From an uncultured Gammaproteobacteria bacterium (GTDB lineage Bacteria; Patescibacteriota; Patescibacteriia; Patescibacteriales; GWC2-42-12), in contig CAZGKM010000009.1 of assembly GCA_964526325.1 (NCBI GenBank), positions 1-51,451 of the forward strand: a stretch of 51,451 nucleotides of DNA. Direction: 5' to 3'. Both the position numbers and the translations under genes were made by a program. The notes under the pieces were generated by a model. It saw only the letters and a list, made by a program, of their open reading frames with translations. It was not told the origin of the DNA and did no database searches. Position 1 is the stretch's first letter. Each line of letters begins with the position of its first letter. Positions 1 to 10,155 of the stretch are shown here, in pieces.

Positions 1-192
1 AAAAATTTATTATATTATGGTTATATTATAACAAGTTTAATAATTTATGTAAAACTTATTTTATATAATTAAATTATACTCAATTTTCAAATTTATGTAA
101 ATAGATATATATGCCTTAAAACTACTATTCAAGCATAATAAAATTGATTAGAAAACTAAAACGCAGTCAAAAATAAAAAATAATAAATTGCT

Positions 193-3192
193 TTATTCTG
201 CCATAAAAGAATAGCGGCAATATATGGTTGTATTGGGATAATTACCATCACTTGCCCAAATCTGAGAATAAGGCAGGTAATTTCCTGGCCTAATTCCTGC
301 GCTACCTACAATTACGGCCGTTGGCCAGGATGAATCATTATAATTAATTTGGTTCCATCCTGACCCTGGGTTTATAGTGCATTTCCAAGCGGATGCAGTA
401 TTCGTATTCATGCTAGTGCAATATCCTCTATTAAGAGTGGCCGAAAAGCCGTAAATAGTGCCCCAATCCCAAGCTTTAATAGCCATGACATTTTTACCAG
501 GCGCTATCTGAACCGGAAAGGACTGCACTGAAGACCAGTCAGCTGCCGTGGAAACAAAATTGCCATTAAAATAAGTTTCATGGGCATTGTCAGCGCAGAC
601 TTGTATATCTGCCGTTATTGGGCAGCATTGTCCGGCGCTACAAATATTAGGAGCTGTGCATATGCCGCAAGTGCCGCCGCAGCCATTGCTACCGCAAACT
701 TTGCCGCTACAATCAGGTGAACAGCAATCAGCCGGACAGTTTGTTATATTTTCGTTGGCGGAATAACAAACCCCATCCCCGCACCAATAATTGGCTTTAA
801 CATGGATAACAAAATCTTTCGTGGCCACAACCTGGCAGCCGTTAGCGGTTGTGGCTTTAACCGTAACGGTTTTATCTCCGGGGTCGGCAGTGTTATTGGT
901 GGGCGTGCCCTGGATAGCGCCGGTATTGGGATTAATGGTCAGCCAGGCCGGACTATTAACTAAGCTGTAGGTTACGGGCGTAGGCGTAGTTGCACTGGCC
1001 TGGGCGTTGAATTGCACCGGACCGTAATACAAAGGCAAAGTAGCTCCGGTCGGATAGACGTAGATTGTGTCATTGGCAATAGACAGGTTGACCGCAAAAT
1101 TCTCATTCACTACCGGCACAGTGAAATTTTTGGCGGTTTCGGCCGAATAAGGAGAGATTGTTTCGTTGTAGAATTGATCTCTGGCTATGACGGTAAAAGC
1201 ATGATCGCCGGCCGGTACGGTTGGTATACCGGTAATCTTGCCGCTGTCATCGGCCGACAATCCGGCCGGCAGATTGGTTATGATAAATTTATCAACATTA
1301 TGCAGATCCGGGTCACTAGCCAGCATTTGGTATGTATAACTGCCGGCGCAACCGATAATAGGAGGCAAAGTCTGGTCGGGTAAAATGGGCGGATTGTTAA
1401 TTAGGGTAATTTTTATATTCATAGGAGCAGAAACAGCATTGTATTTGTCAGTTGCCGTAATAGTAAAATTATAGTCTTTGGTCTGGTCAACCAGCGTCCC
1501 GCTAATAACGGCGTCATGATTATTGACGGCCGTGACCGCGCCCAAACCATTGGGTTGATTGCCGCCGATAGTAAAAGTAAGAGGATAATGCACAGCGCCG
1601 TCAGGGTCGGAAGCCTGAACGGTAAAAGAAAAGGGGCGGCCGATGGTTATGGTTTGGTCGAATATCGGACTAATTGTTGGCGGCTGGTTGGTAACATGAA
1701 TAATGAAAGTTATGGGCGCTGATTGGCCGCGGTAATAATCAATGGCCGTAACGGTTATATTGTAATCTTTAAATTCGCCAATAACAATGCCGGAAATTTT
1801 GTTGTCATGGCCGTTAATTAAAACAGTATCGGTTAAACCGTCGGGCAGACCGGTAATTTCATAAGTTAGCGGGTATTGGCTGTCGGCTTCATTGGCTAAA
1901 ATGGTAAAAGTCAGGTCCTCGCCCACGACTACCGTTTGGTCGGCTACCGGCTGGATTAGCGGCAGATTGGCGTTAGTGACGTTAATGGTGAAATTCTGAG
2001 TAGCGGCCAAGCCGCCCGACCTGATGGTTATGGCCACCAGACAATCCCCGGCCACGCCGGCCTTATCGGCGGTGATTTTCCTTTGCGTGGGTACGACTGT
2101 TGACAGTAAACGCAAATTACTCCATAAATCACAGCCAGAAACCACGGCCATGGACCAGGTCAGGCCGTCGCGATCCGCCTGAATAAAGCCTTGGTAGTTT
2201 TTACCCGAATAGGCTTTAGGCAGATTAGAGCCGGTAAAAAACGGGGTTTGCCCGGGAATTGACACGGTGGGATTGGTGTTAGGGTCGACTTCCGAGCAAG
2301 CGCCTTGGGCAATGTTTACATAGTCTGATTCCATATTGGCGCACAGGCCGTAGCTTAAACCGTCGCCCGAGGCGCTATAGGCATAGGTCAGGCTGCCCGA
2401 CGGCAAAGCGGTCGGTATGGTGCCGTCAAATTTTTTATTCTTATCGTCCCAACAGGTGCCGGGATCAAAATTAGCATTGCTGCAGGCACCCAGTTTATTA
2501 ATAGGGTCAAGAGGCGGAATAATGCCCAGTAGCTTGCCTAGAGTCTCCCGCCAGCTCGGCCAGACCGACAGAGTCTGATTAGGCAGATACGAGCCGGCTG
2601 ACATGGTGGGAAATTTGCTGTTTTTATTCTTGTAGTTATCCAGGGCGATATTCATGTCGGCCAAATCAGACAAACGCTTGGTATCGCGGATAACCCTGGC
2701 TTTTTCACTTAAACAATATTCGTTGGTTGGGCAGTCTTCGGATTTAGAGCAATTTTTTTCCGCGGTTTTAGAGCAATTGCCTGATTGATTGATATTAATA
2801 TTGAATTTCCAATGGGACAGTATCTGACCGAAAATATCCACTGTGGCATCGGTTGCTTCTTGGTTATATGAAATAATGTAGATATTGGTGTAAAAATTAT
2901 CATCAACAACATTGGCCGCGTTAACGTAGACCGTACGGCCGTCTCTGACGGCTTCATAGCCGTCTACGATTAGGGTCTGGGGAGAACCTTGAACTTTGAG
3001 ATTCTTTTTGTACCAGGTTAAAGGAGAATAATGGTCAGGATTGGGCAGAGCGCGGATGGCGATAGCGTCAGGGCTTGCCCCAAGGGCGATTAATGGAGAA
3101 AAAACGGGAAACGAATAGTCTGCTGACAACAGCAAAATAACCGATATTAAAATCAGCTTATAAGTTATGATTAATTTGCGATTATCAAACAT
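193..3192 (-). CDS. Large secreted/cell-surface protein: signal anchor, 4-5 cadherin/Ig-like (He_PIG/dystroglycan-type) repeats, Cys-rich linker, C-terminal jelly-roll (sugar-binding-like) domain
   Basis: 999-aa ORF. Hydrophobic N-terminus LIITYKLILISVILLL. Repeated ~95-aa blocks (PLTYEITGLPDGL, PLTFTIGGNQPNGL, FIITNLPAGLSADDSGKITG, YSLVNSPAWLTINPNTGAIQG). Cys cluster CGDGVC..CSPDCSGKVCGSNGCGGTCGIC. Confidence 0.8.
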   Translation of the reverse strand: MFDNRKLIITYKLILISVILLLSADYSFPVFSPLIALGASPDAIAIRALPNPDHYSPLTWYKKNLKVQGSPQTLIVDGYEAVRDGRTVYVNAANVVDDNFYTNIYIISYNQEATDATVDIFGQILSHWKFNININQSGNCSKTAEKNCSKSEDCPTNEYCLSEKARVIRDTKRLSDLADMNIALDNYKNKNSKFPTMSAGSYLPNQTLSVWPSWRETLGKLLGIIPPLDPINKLGACSNANFDPGTCWDDKNKKFDGTIPTALPSGSLTYAYSASGDGLSYGLCANMESDYVNIAQGACSEVDPNTNPTVSIPGQTPFFTGSNLPKAYSGKNYQGFIQADRDGLTWSMAVVSGCDLWSNLRLLSTVVPTQRKITADKAGVAGDCLVAITIRSGGLAATQNFTINVTNANLPLIQPVADQTVVVGEDLTFTILANEADSQYPLTYEITGLPDGLTDTVLINGHDNKISGIVIGEFKDYNITVTAIDYYRGQSAPITFIIHVTNQPPTISPIFDQTITIGRPFSFTVQASDPDGAVHYPLTFTIGGNQPNGLGAVTAVNNHDAVISGTLVDQTKDYNFTITATDKYNAVSAPMNIKITLINNPPILPDQTLPPIIGCAGSYTYQMLASDPDLHNVDKFIITNLPAGLSADDSGKITGIPTVPAGDHAFTVIARDQFYNETISPYSAETAKNFTVPVVNENFAVNLSIANDTIYVYPTGATLPLYYGPVQFNAQASATTPTPVTYSLVNSPAWLTINPNTGAIQGTPTNNTADPGDKTVTVKATTANGCQVVATKDFVIHVKANYWCGDGVCYSANENITNCPADCCSPDCSGKVCGSNGCGGTCGICTAPNICSAGQCCPITADIQVCADNAHETYFNGNFVSTAADWSSVQSFPVQIAPGKNVMAIKAWDWGTIYGFSATLNRGYCTSMNTNTASAWKCTINPGSGWNQINYNDSSWPTAVIVGSAGIRPGNYLPYSQIWASDGNYPNTTIYCRYSFMAE

Positions 3193-3222
3193 AATTAATT
3201 GGTTAAATGATTATATTATAAC

Positions 3223-3252
3223 AAAAAAAGCCGTTTTTTAGAAACGGTTTTC
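3223..3252. terminator. Hairpin (CCGTTT/AAACGG) flanked by A-run and T-run; terminator after the methyltransferase gene
   Basis: aaaaaaagCCGTTTtttagAAACGGttttc, located between the stop at 3278 and the next gene's start at 3192. Confidence 0.55.
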
Positions 3253-3277
3253 TTATCGCCTCATAAAGAAAAATATT

Positions 3278-4003
3278 TTAAATTTTATTTTCTATAATTA
3301 AATAATAATTATATTTATCTTTATATATTCTCTCTAATTTAAAACCTGCGGCGGCAACAAGCTTTTTTAAATTATTTTTTGTAAAAATATGATAATAGCG
3401 GCTGCTGATTTTTTCGCCCTTATTATTTTTCCAGTCAAAAAGAATATCGCCGAAGTCCATTGTATTTTTATTTACTAATTTAAGCCAGCTATATTTTATA
3501 ATCAATTTTCTGAATTTCGCCCGGCTCCATAAATTCCAAACGGTAATAATAATTTTACCTCCAGGTTTTAATTTTCTTTTCATCTGTCCAAGCGCCTTAA
3601 GCCGCAGTTCATTTCCCGGCAAATGGTGCAAGACCGCGATGCAAAAAATATAGTTAAAATTATTTTCTTGAATTTTATCCAATTCCAAAACATCGGCAAC
3701 TTGAAATTTGCATTTTGTATTTTGTATTTTGTTTGAAAATTGAAAATTCTTATCAGCCGCCTCAATCAGCTTCTCGCTACTATCTATTCCCAAATAATAA
3801 ATATTTTTATCAATAAAGGCTCCGGCCAGCCTGCCGTTTCCGCACCCCGCGTCCAGCACTCTGTCCCCGTCCTTAATCATGCCGGCTAATTTTACTAATT
3901 CCGGCCATAAATATTTTTTTCTGGTTAGATCAAAATCATCGGCAATTTCTTGATAATTCTGCCTGACTAAATCCAATAAATTTTTTTGCGTTTGTTGGTC
4001 CAT
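3278..4003 (-). CDS. Class I SAM-dependent methyltransferase
   Basis: Motif I VLDAGCGNGRL. Start moved to the internal Met (MDQQTQ..., cat at 4001-4003) because the upstream 20 codons lie in a TTGTCATT-type repeat. Confidence 0.8.
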   Translation of the reverse strand: MDQQTQKNLLDLVRQNYQEIADDFDLTRKKYLWPELVKLAGMIKDGDRVLDAGCGNGRLAGAFIDKNIYYLGIDSSEKLIEAADKNFQFSNKIQNTKCKFQVADVLELDKIQENNFNYIFCIAVLHHLPGNELRLKALGQMKRKLKPGGKIIITVWNLWSRAKFRKLIIKYSWLKLVNKNTMDFGDILFDWKNNKGEKISSRYYHIFTKNNLKKLVAAAGFKLERIYKDKYNYYLIIENKI

Positions 4004-4010
4004 AAACTTA

Positions 4011-4090
4011 TTGTCATTCCCGCAGAGACACTCTGTTTTCTTTTTCAGCACCGAGGCTAGCACAGAGGAGCAATCCAGGAGTGTTCGCGC
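4011..4090. repeat. Degenerate TTGTCATT-type palindromic repeat (family A relative)
   Basis: Starts TTGTCATTCCCGCAGAGACACTCTG (CAGAG/CTCTG hairpin) and contains GAGCAATCC. Lies between recQ stop and methyltransferase start. Confidence 0.4.
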
Positions 4091-4100
4091 TAAATATAAT

Positions 4101-6161
4101 TCATTTCTTACTCCGCATCTTCGCCATTACCAATTTTATCTCGTCCCAGCTATAATCATCGCCTAACGCTTCGCGAATCGGCGTTAGCTTGTCCGCGCCT
4201 ATTTTTTTAACCGCGGCCATGATTTTTTTCTGCCGTTCGGGCTTTACCAGCTTGCTGATATTAACGCCCAATCCTTTTTCCGCCAAAAAACATAAATGCC
4301 CAACAATCGTGCCGACCGTAAGCTCGCGCGCTTCGGCGATTTTTTCCAGGCTTAACCCCTTATTCCATAATTCCAAAGTTTCCAATTGCGTTAATTTAGT
4401 GGACAGGCCGGAAGTTTTCTTTTTGTTTCTGGTTTCAACCTGCGCTTTTTCTATTTCACCCATATTTTTTACCAAGCAATTATCGCACTTAGCGCATTTT
4501 TTAGATTCAAAATCGCCGAAATAATCCAAAATATATTTTTGCCGGCAATCAAAATGATAAATATAATTTTCCATCAAATCCAATTTTTTATAAGCATGCT
4601 TTAATTTATATTTTAACGCCGCGAAATCAAGCTTAACTTCTTCGCCACCGACGCGTTTTAAAATTTTTAATTCCGTACCGCGAAATGGCGGCATATACTC
4701 CAGTAAATTCAAATCTTTTACTTTCTTAATTAAGCGCAGTAAAGTGTCTTTTTTAATTTGCAAAATATCGGCTATTTCTTCCATATTGGCGTACATGCCG
4801 GCCTCAAGTTCATGCCCATACTTATCAAACAATTTTTTTATCGTCTCGCGCTGTTTTTTATTATTAATTAAACTTTCCGTTTTTAACTTTCCGCTTTTAA
4901 CTTTTAAATACGCCTGCCCGACGCGATCATGCGAACGGGCAACGTAGCCTTCGCGTTCCAAAATTTTTATAGCCGTGCCTACGGCCATTTCCGGCGCCTT
5001 ATCGGAAAGCATCTCTGAAATTTCAGCATAAGTGATTAAAATCGTTTCCGTTTCGTAATTTTTTAAAATTTCATAAATTTCTAAAATCATTTCCGGCGGC
5101 GGATTATCGCCTTTTATAAAAAACTCTTGGAGATAGCGGTCGCGCGGGCTATAAAGCAAAAGGCAAAAACTCTGCTTGCCGTCGCGGCCGGCCCGGCCGG
5201 CTTCCTGGTAATATGCTTCAATCGTGCCCGGCATATCGTAATGGATGACGAACCTGATATCGCGCTTATCTATGCCTAAGCCGAAAGCGTTGGTGGCCAC
5301 GATAACTTTGGCTTTGCCTTTCATAAAATTTTCCTGCACCCATTTCCTGTCTTGCGTATCCATGCCGGCATGATAGCTCACGGCTTCAATATTATTGGCG
5401 AGTAGCGTCTGCAGAAGTTCGTCGGCTCGCGATCTTGTGCCAACGTAAATTATGCCCGTACCGTCCGGCACGCTTGAAATCGCGTCTAAAACAAACTGCG
5501 GCTTACGGCTATCTTGAGTATTAATTACCCCGAACTGTAAATTCGGCCGGGCAAACCCCGTAATCACTAAATTAGGATTAACCAAGCCGAGCTGTTTAAT
5601 AATATCATCTCTGACTTCCAGCGTGGCCGTAGCGGTTAAAGCCACGACCGCCGGACTGCCTAAAAATTCAATCGCGCTTTTTAATTTAATGTAGCTTGGC
5701 CTAAAATCATGCCCCCATTGGCTTATGCAGTGCGCTTCGTCAACCGCGAATAAACTTATTTTTATTTCTTTCAAAGCGGCCGTAAATTCCGCGCTGTAAA
5801 ATCTTTCCGGCGCGATATATAGCAGTTTATATTGCCCGGCTTTAACGGCTTCTACGCGGTTAACGGTTTCAGCCTGGCTGATAGAAGAATTAATAAAAGT
5901 AGCCGGTATGCCGATTTTTTGCAAACCGTCGACTTGATCTTTCATTAAAGCGATCAAGGGGGAAATTACTAAAGTTACTCCGTCCAATACCAGCGCCGGC
6001 AATTGATAACATAACGACTTGCCGCCGCCGGTCGGCATAATTACTACGGTTGATTGGCCGGCTAAAATATTATCGATTACTTTTTCCTGGCCGGGCCTAA
6101 ACGACGAAAAACCGTAATGTATTTTAAGTAACTCCAGAAGTTGTTGTTTTTGATTATCCAT
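4101..6161 (-). CDS. recQ: RecQ-family ATP-dependent DNA helicase with C-terminal HTH-like extension
   Basis: PTGGGKS Walker [16 protein letters not shown], zinc-binding C..C..C..C region ([18 protein letters not shown]), 686 aa. Confidence 0.92.
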   Translation of the reverse strand: MDNQKQQLLELLKIHYGFSSFRPGQEKVIDNILAGQSTVVIMPTGGGKSLCYQLPALVLDGVTLVISPLIALMKDQVDGLQKIGIPATFINSSISQAETVNRVEAVKAGQYKLLYIAPERFYSAEFTAALKEIKISLFAVDEAHCISQWGHDFRPSYIKLKSAIEFLGSPAVVALTATATLEVRDDIIKQLGLVNPNLVITGFARPNLQFGVINTQDSRKPQFVLDAISSVPDGTGIIYVGTRSRADELLQTLLANNIEAVSYHAGMDTQDRKWVQENFMKGKAKVIVATNAFGLGIDKRDIRFVIHYDMPGTIEAYYQEAGRAGRDGKQSFCLLLYSPRDRYLQEFFIKGDNPPPEMILEIYEILKNYETETILITYAEISEMLSDKAPEMAVGTAIKILEREGYVARSHDRVGQAYLKVKSGKLKTESLINNKKQRETIKKLFDKYGHELEAGMYANMEEIADILQIKKDTLLRLIKKVKDLNLLEYMPPFRGTELKILKRVGGEEVKLDFAALKYKLKHAYKKLDLMENYIYHFDCRQKYILDYFGDFESKKCAKCDNCLVKNMGEIEKAQVETRNKKKTSGLSTKLTQLETLELWNKGLSLEKIAEARELTVGTIVGHLCFLAEKGLGVNISKLVKPERQKKIMAAVKKIGADKLTPIREALGDDYSWDEIKLVMAKMRSKK

Positions 6162-6166
6162 ATATA

Positions 6167-6200
6167 GGCCCCCTTTAGCAAAGGCGGGTTAGGGGGATTT
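6167..6200 (+). repeat. Family C G5/C5 hairpin repeat, intergenic copy
   Basis: GGCCCCCTTTAGCAAAGGCGGGTTAGGGGGATTT; near-identical to 13359-13391 and 24190-24220. Confidence 0.75.
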
Positions 6201-6301
6201 GACTTTATTCCATTAATAAACTAATTTAAGATTAACATAATGAAAAAATTAAGACAAAAAACTTAAAATAACCGGTCTTTACAACTTGTTAAGGAGGTAA
6301 T

Positions 6302-7333
6302 ATGAAAGAAATTTTGTTAAGGCAACCTGATGACTGGCATGCGCATCTGCGTGAAGGATCTTTAATGGAAAGCGTTATCGACCTATTTAATGTTTATGGC
6401 CGGGTCGTCTGTATGGGCAACTTGGCCGAACCGGTGGACACGGCGGAAAAAGCTTTGGCTTACCGAAAAAAATTATCGACTCTGGGAAATTTTATGCCGA
6501 TAATCGGAATTATGCTGACAAAAAATTCAACCGTAAAAAAATGGGAAAGCATCATTGATCAATTCGATAAACTGGCGTTTATTAAATACCTGCCCAAGGG
6601 CCTAACCACGAATTCACAATTGGGCATCCCTTGGACAGAGTTGGAAAATTACTGTCCAATTCTTGAATTGGCGCAAAACAAAAAAATTCCCTTATTGATT
6701 CATGCGGAAACCGATTATAGTTTTATGACGGATGAAAAACTCGACGAAATATATCGGGAAGAAGAAACCGTGGCTTTTATTGAGGAGATGGCGCTAGCGC
6801 TACCTGAAATGAAAATCAACATTGAACACGTCAGTACGGCAGCAATGATTAATTTAATTAAAAAATATGATAATCTTTCCGGTTCAATTTCGCCCAACCA
6901 CCTGATCCATTGCTACGAAGATGTTTTCGACGAGAATGGAGAACTTATTAATGCCTATAAATATTTCAAACCGGTAGCTAAAAACCAAAATGACCGAGAC
7001 GCAGTAATTACCGCGACGCTAAGCGGCGATGAAAAATTTTTCTTCGGCTCTGACGCGGCGCCCCATCTTAAAATAGATAAAGAAGTGCATGGAAAGGCCG
7101 GAGCTTTCAACGCCCTAACGAATTTAGCCTATCTTTGCGAATTTTTTGAAAAACAAGGAGCAATGGATAAATTTGAACCGTTCGTTTCCGAGCATGGAGC
7201 TAGAAGATACGGCTTTCCGCTAAATACCGAGATAATAAGATTAAAAAAACAAGCCTGGGAAGTGCCGGCCGTTTATCGCGGTATCGTACCGGACTTAGCC
7301 GGACGAAAAATGGAGTGGCAAATAGTTGAATAA
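6302..7333 (+). CDS. pyrC: Dihydroorotase, E. coli PyrC-like type
   Basis: N-terminal DDWHAHLREG (E. coli PyrC has DDWHLHLRDG), 343 aa, strong SD aaggaggtaatATG. Confidence 0.85.
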   Translation: MKEILLRQPDDWHAHLREGSLMESVIDLFNVYGRVVCMGNLAEPVDTAEKALAYRKKLSTLGNFMPIIGIMLTKNSTVKKWESIIDQFDKLAFIKYLPKGLTTNSQLGIPWTELENYCPILELAQNKKIPLLIHAETDYSFMTDEKLDEIYREEETVAFIEEMALALPEMKINIEHVSTAAMINLIKKYDNLSGSISPNHLIHCYEDVFDENGELINAYKYFKPVAKNQNDRDAVITATLSGDEKFFFGSDAAPHLKIDKEVHGKAGAFNALTNLAYLCEFFEKQGAMDKFEPFVSEHGARRYGFPLNTEIIRLKKQAWEVPAVYRGIVPDLAGRKMEWQIVE

Positions 7334-7343
7334 ATTAAAATTT

Positions 7344-7390
7344 AAAAAAGAGGTCGGTTTGTATCATGACAAACCGACCTTGTTTTATTT
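7344..7390. terminator. Bidirectional intrinsic terminator between convergent pyrC and pyrK-pyrD
   Basis: 12-bp stem AGGTCGGTTTGT/ACAAACCGACCT flanked by an A-run and a T-run. Confidence 0.8.
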
Positions 7391-7403
7391 TATAAACTTA
7401 GTT

Positions 7404-9161
7404 TTACATAATTTGCGACCCGACCAGCTCTTCTGCGCCGGCCATGCCGTAACCGGAAATAATTTCCCTCAACCGAATTTCAGTTTCAGATACCGCTCTC
7501 GGGTTGTAAAATAAAGCTGTGCCTATGCCAACGGCTTGGGCGCCGGCGATTAGATATTCAGCCGCGCTATCGCCGCTATCTATCCCGGTTTGTCCGATTA
7601 AAGGTATGCCTAAATTCATCTCATAAAGTATTCTTAATTTCCTTAGCGCTAACGCCATGGCTCCGGGGCCGGAATAACCTCCGTAAGTATTGCCTAAAGC
7701 CGCCCGCCTGGTTTTTATGTCAATCTTTAAGCCGGGATGAGTATTGAAGCAGGACAAAGCGTCGGCGCCGCCTTCAATGGCCATTTGAGCGATTTTTTTC
7801 AAATATTCGCCGTCCGGTATGGGAGAAAGTTTTACGATGATAAAAGCTTCGGGCGCCGCAAGTTTAACCGCTCTGACCACGCTATAAGTAGCGGCCGGAA
7901 ATAAACCGAAAATTTTCTCCTTCTTTTTTTTGTTAGGGCAAGAGATATTTACTTCAAAAACTCTTACGCCGCGCTCATATAATATTTCCGCCAAATCAGC
8001 ATACTCATCCACGCTATTACCAAAAATATTAACGATTAAGGTTTTCTTAAAGCTCAGCCAGCGGGAGAGCTTGTCTTTTAAAAATTCTCCCAAACCCACA
8101 TTCTCAAGGCCAATGGCATTAAGCATGCCTCCGGGTATCTCTGCTATCCTCGGGCCTGCGTTACCGGTACGCGGCAATAAAGATAAACCTTTAGTGGTAA
8201 TAGCTCCGGCCTTGCTTATGTCTAAAGACCCGGCTTCAATCTTCTCTAAGTCCAGACAGCCGGCGCAAGTAATAATCGGACCGGATAAAACCAATTTTTT
8301 GCCTTCTTGCCCGGCTAGTATGGTTTTCATTTTTATCTTTTCAGCCGGTTTACGCTCTTTTTTTGGCACAATAACGCCAATATTTGACTGCATTAATTTT
8401 TCCCAATCAATTAATATGCCGGGTAAAAACGGACCATCTTCGCAAAGATGATAATGCCTGCCGCCCTTTTTTGGTATGACGCAGCCCTTGCAAGCGCCTT
8501 CACCGCAAGCCATAAGCGTTTCCATGCCGAGCTGGCAATTTATTTGGTGCCTTAAAGCCATTACGGCAACTTTTTCCAGCATGGCGTTAGGTCCGCAAGC
8601 GATGATAATGGAATTGGTTTTATATTCGCCTGTTTTTAATTCTTCCGCCAGCAAATCGGTTACTAGCCCATTTTTTTCAATAATGGTTTTTCGACGACAG
8701 CCGTAAAGTTTTAGCCATTTTTTATCTTCTTCGTTGCATTGATCCTTACTGCCATAAAGGCAAATCATTTCAGTGGATGAATCTTTCAGCTTTGAAGCTA
8801 GGAGCATTATCCCGGCAATACCGGCGCCTCCGGCTACCAATATTACTTTCTGAAAATAATTAGAGATTTTAATCGGCTTGCCTAACGGTCCTTTAGCGGA
8901 AATTTTATCGCCCGGTTTCCGGCTTGAATAATACTCGGTATTTTCCCCCTTGACCAAAATTCTAATAACGAAAAAATTGGAGTATTGGATAAATACTGAA
9001 AACGGCCGCCACCAAATTTTACTGGCGCAAAATGATTCCAGCATGACGAATTGGCCGGGCTTTGCTTCAAGCGGTCTTTCCGTTCTTAACGTAAGATAAA
9101 AAACGCCGGCTACCCGATCACCTGTACAGCTTATTACTGTTGCCATAAAAATTTTCTTCAT
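7404..9161 (-). CDS. pyrD: Fused dihydroorotate dehydrogenase class 1B: PyrK-like electron-transfer domain (FAD/NAD, 2Fe-2S) N-terminal, PyrD catalytic domain C-terminal
   Basis: RPFSV, LVAGGAGIAG, MACGEGACKGCV...HLCEDGP (2Fe-2S), then GNAGPRIAEIPGGMLNAIGLENVG, EVNISCPN, GGYSGPG, QTGIDSG..AGAQAVGIGTA. SD aggaggggg. Confidence 0.88.
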   Translation of the reverse strand: MKKIFMATVISCTGDRVAGVFYLTLRTERPLEAKPGQFVMLESFCASKIWWRPFSVFIQYSNFFVIRILVKGENTEYYSSRKPGDKISAKGPLGKPIKISNYFQKVILVAGGAGIAGIMLLASKLKDSSTEMICLYGSKDQCNEEDKKWLKLYGCRRKTIIEKNGLVTDLLAEELKTGEYKTNSIIIACGPNAMLEKVAVMALRHQINCQLGMETLMACGEGACKGCVIPKKGGRHYHLCEDGPFLPGILIDWEKLMQSNIGVIVPKKERKPAEKIKMKTILAGQEGKKLVLSGPIITCAGCLDLEKIEAGSLDISKAGAITTKGLSLLPRTGNAGPRIAEIPGGMLNAIGLENVGLGEFLKDKLSRWLSFKKTLIVNIFGNSVDEYADLAEILYERGVRVFEVNISCPNKKKKEKIFGLFPAATYSVVRAVKLAAPEAFIIVKLSPIPDGEYLKKIAQMAIEGGADALSCFNTHPGLKIDIKTRRAALGNTYGGYSGPGAMALALRKLRILYEMNLGIPLIGQTGIDSGDSAAEYLIAGAQAVGIGTALFYNPRAVSETEIRLREIISGYGMAGAEELVGSQIM

Positions 9162-9200
9162 TTCCCCCTCCTATTTTTAAATTGTAATGTACGGTTATTT

Positions 9201-9231
9201 AATAAAAAGCTTAACTACCTTGAGTTAAGCT
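9201..9231 (-). terminator. Intrinsic terminator after folD
   Basis: AGCTTAAC/GTTAAGCT stem followed by TTTTTATT on the minus strand. Confidence 0.6.
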
Positions 9232-9256
9232 CCTTGTTTAATTTTGTTTTTTTATC

Positions 9257-10120
9257 TTACTTCATCCGCCGTTTTTTGTAAATCTCCAGCGTATTTTTAA
9301 ACGCCATGGCGATAGTCATAGGCCCAACCCCGCCCGGTACGGGCGTAATATAGCCGGCCTTGTCTTTAACCTCATTAAAGTCAACATCGCCAACAGCTTT
9401 ATTATTTTGCTTAGTGATGCCGATATCAATAACTACCGCGCCTTCTTTTATCATGTCTTTCTTTATGAACCTGGGCCTGCCCACGGCCGTGATTAAAATA
9501 TCGGCCTGGCTGGTTTTAGCCCCTAAATTTTTATCATCGGCTTTAACCGCTTGCGCTTTAGCGCCCCGGCAGATTAAAACATGGGCTAAAGTTTTTCCGA
9601 AAATATCCGAGTTGGAAATTATTACTGCTTGCTTATATTTAATTTCATAATTTATGCTCTTAAGCATTTCTAAAACCGTGGCCAACACCGGCGACATTAA
9701 GCCGGAGAAATCGCAGCCGGAAAGCAGTTTTTCCAGATTGTCCGGATGAAAGCCGTCAACGTCTTTGGCCGAATCAAGCGCCATAATAATCGTATCCGCG
9801 TCAATTCCCTCGGGCATTGGCATCTGCACTAAAATCGCGTCGATTACTTTGTCTTCATTTAAGCATTTTATCATTTCTAAAATTTCCTGTTCGCTGGTAT
9901 TTTCCGCGCATCTGTATAGATGCGTATCTATTCCGACTTTTTTAGCTTCACTCTCTTTTAATCTTACGTACAATTCAGAATCCGGACGCTGACCGATTAA
10001 AACAATCGCCAGGTTCGGCCTAGTGATATTGTAGATATTTTTATTTAAGCTGATAATTTCTTTAACAATTTCATCCTTGATTTTTTCAGCTAGTTTTTTT
10101 CCATCGATGATTTTAAACAT
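9257..10120 (-). CDS. folD: Bifunctional methylene-THF dehydrogenase / methenyl-THF cyclohydrolase
   Basis: 287 aa; LVQMPMP, DVDGFHP, PVPGGVGPMTIAM. Confidence 0.93.
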   Translation of the reverse strand: MFKIIDGKKLAEKIKDEIVKEIISLNKNIYNITRPNLAIVLIGQRPDSELYVRLKESEAKKVGIDTHLYRCAENTSEQEILEMIKCLNEDKVIDAILVQMPMPEGIDADTIIMALDSAKDVDGFHPDNLEKLLSGCDFSGLMSPVLATVLEMLKSINYEIKYKQAVIISNSDIFGKTLAHVLICRGAKAQAVKADDKNLGAKTSQADILITAVGRPRFIKKDMIKEGAVVIDIGITKQNNKAVGDVDFNEVKDKAGYITPVPGGVGPMTIAMAFKNTLEIYKKRRMK

Positions 10121-10155
10121 ACTAAGGCGCTTCCATCGCGAGGAATTATTTTATT

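Noticed and set aside
193-700. Diversity-generating retroelement variable region in the C-terminus of the 999-aa surface protein
   Set aside because: No template repeat similar to the 3' end of the gene and no reverse transcriptase occur anywhere in the window. The contig edge prevents looking further.
1012-1383. Numerous 60-170-aa ORFs antisense to or embedded in long genes (for example 1012..1383, 1516..1722, 2709..2957, 3580..3765, 4189..4524, 7930..8451, 9360..9650, 15040..15429, 15475..15861, 17998..18321, 28491..28985, 29406..29756, 31006..31428, 32901..33302, 42052..42339, 42125..42406, 44677..44946, 50687..51007)
   Set aside because: They lie entirely within strongly supported CDSs on the opposite strand or in another frame. 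Their composition is low-complexity or biased, and they have no RBS or recognisable motifs.
7326-7514. Track ORF 7326..7514 (+) bridging pyrC and the 3' end of pyrK-pyrD
   Set aside because: It runs through the bidirectional terminator hairpin and then antisense to pyrD. There is no supporting signal.
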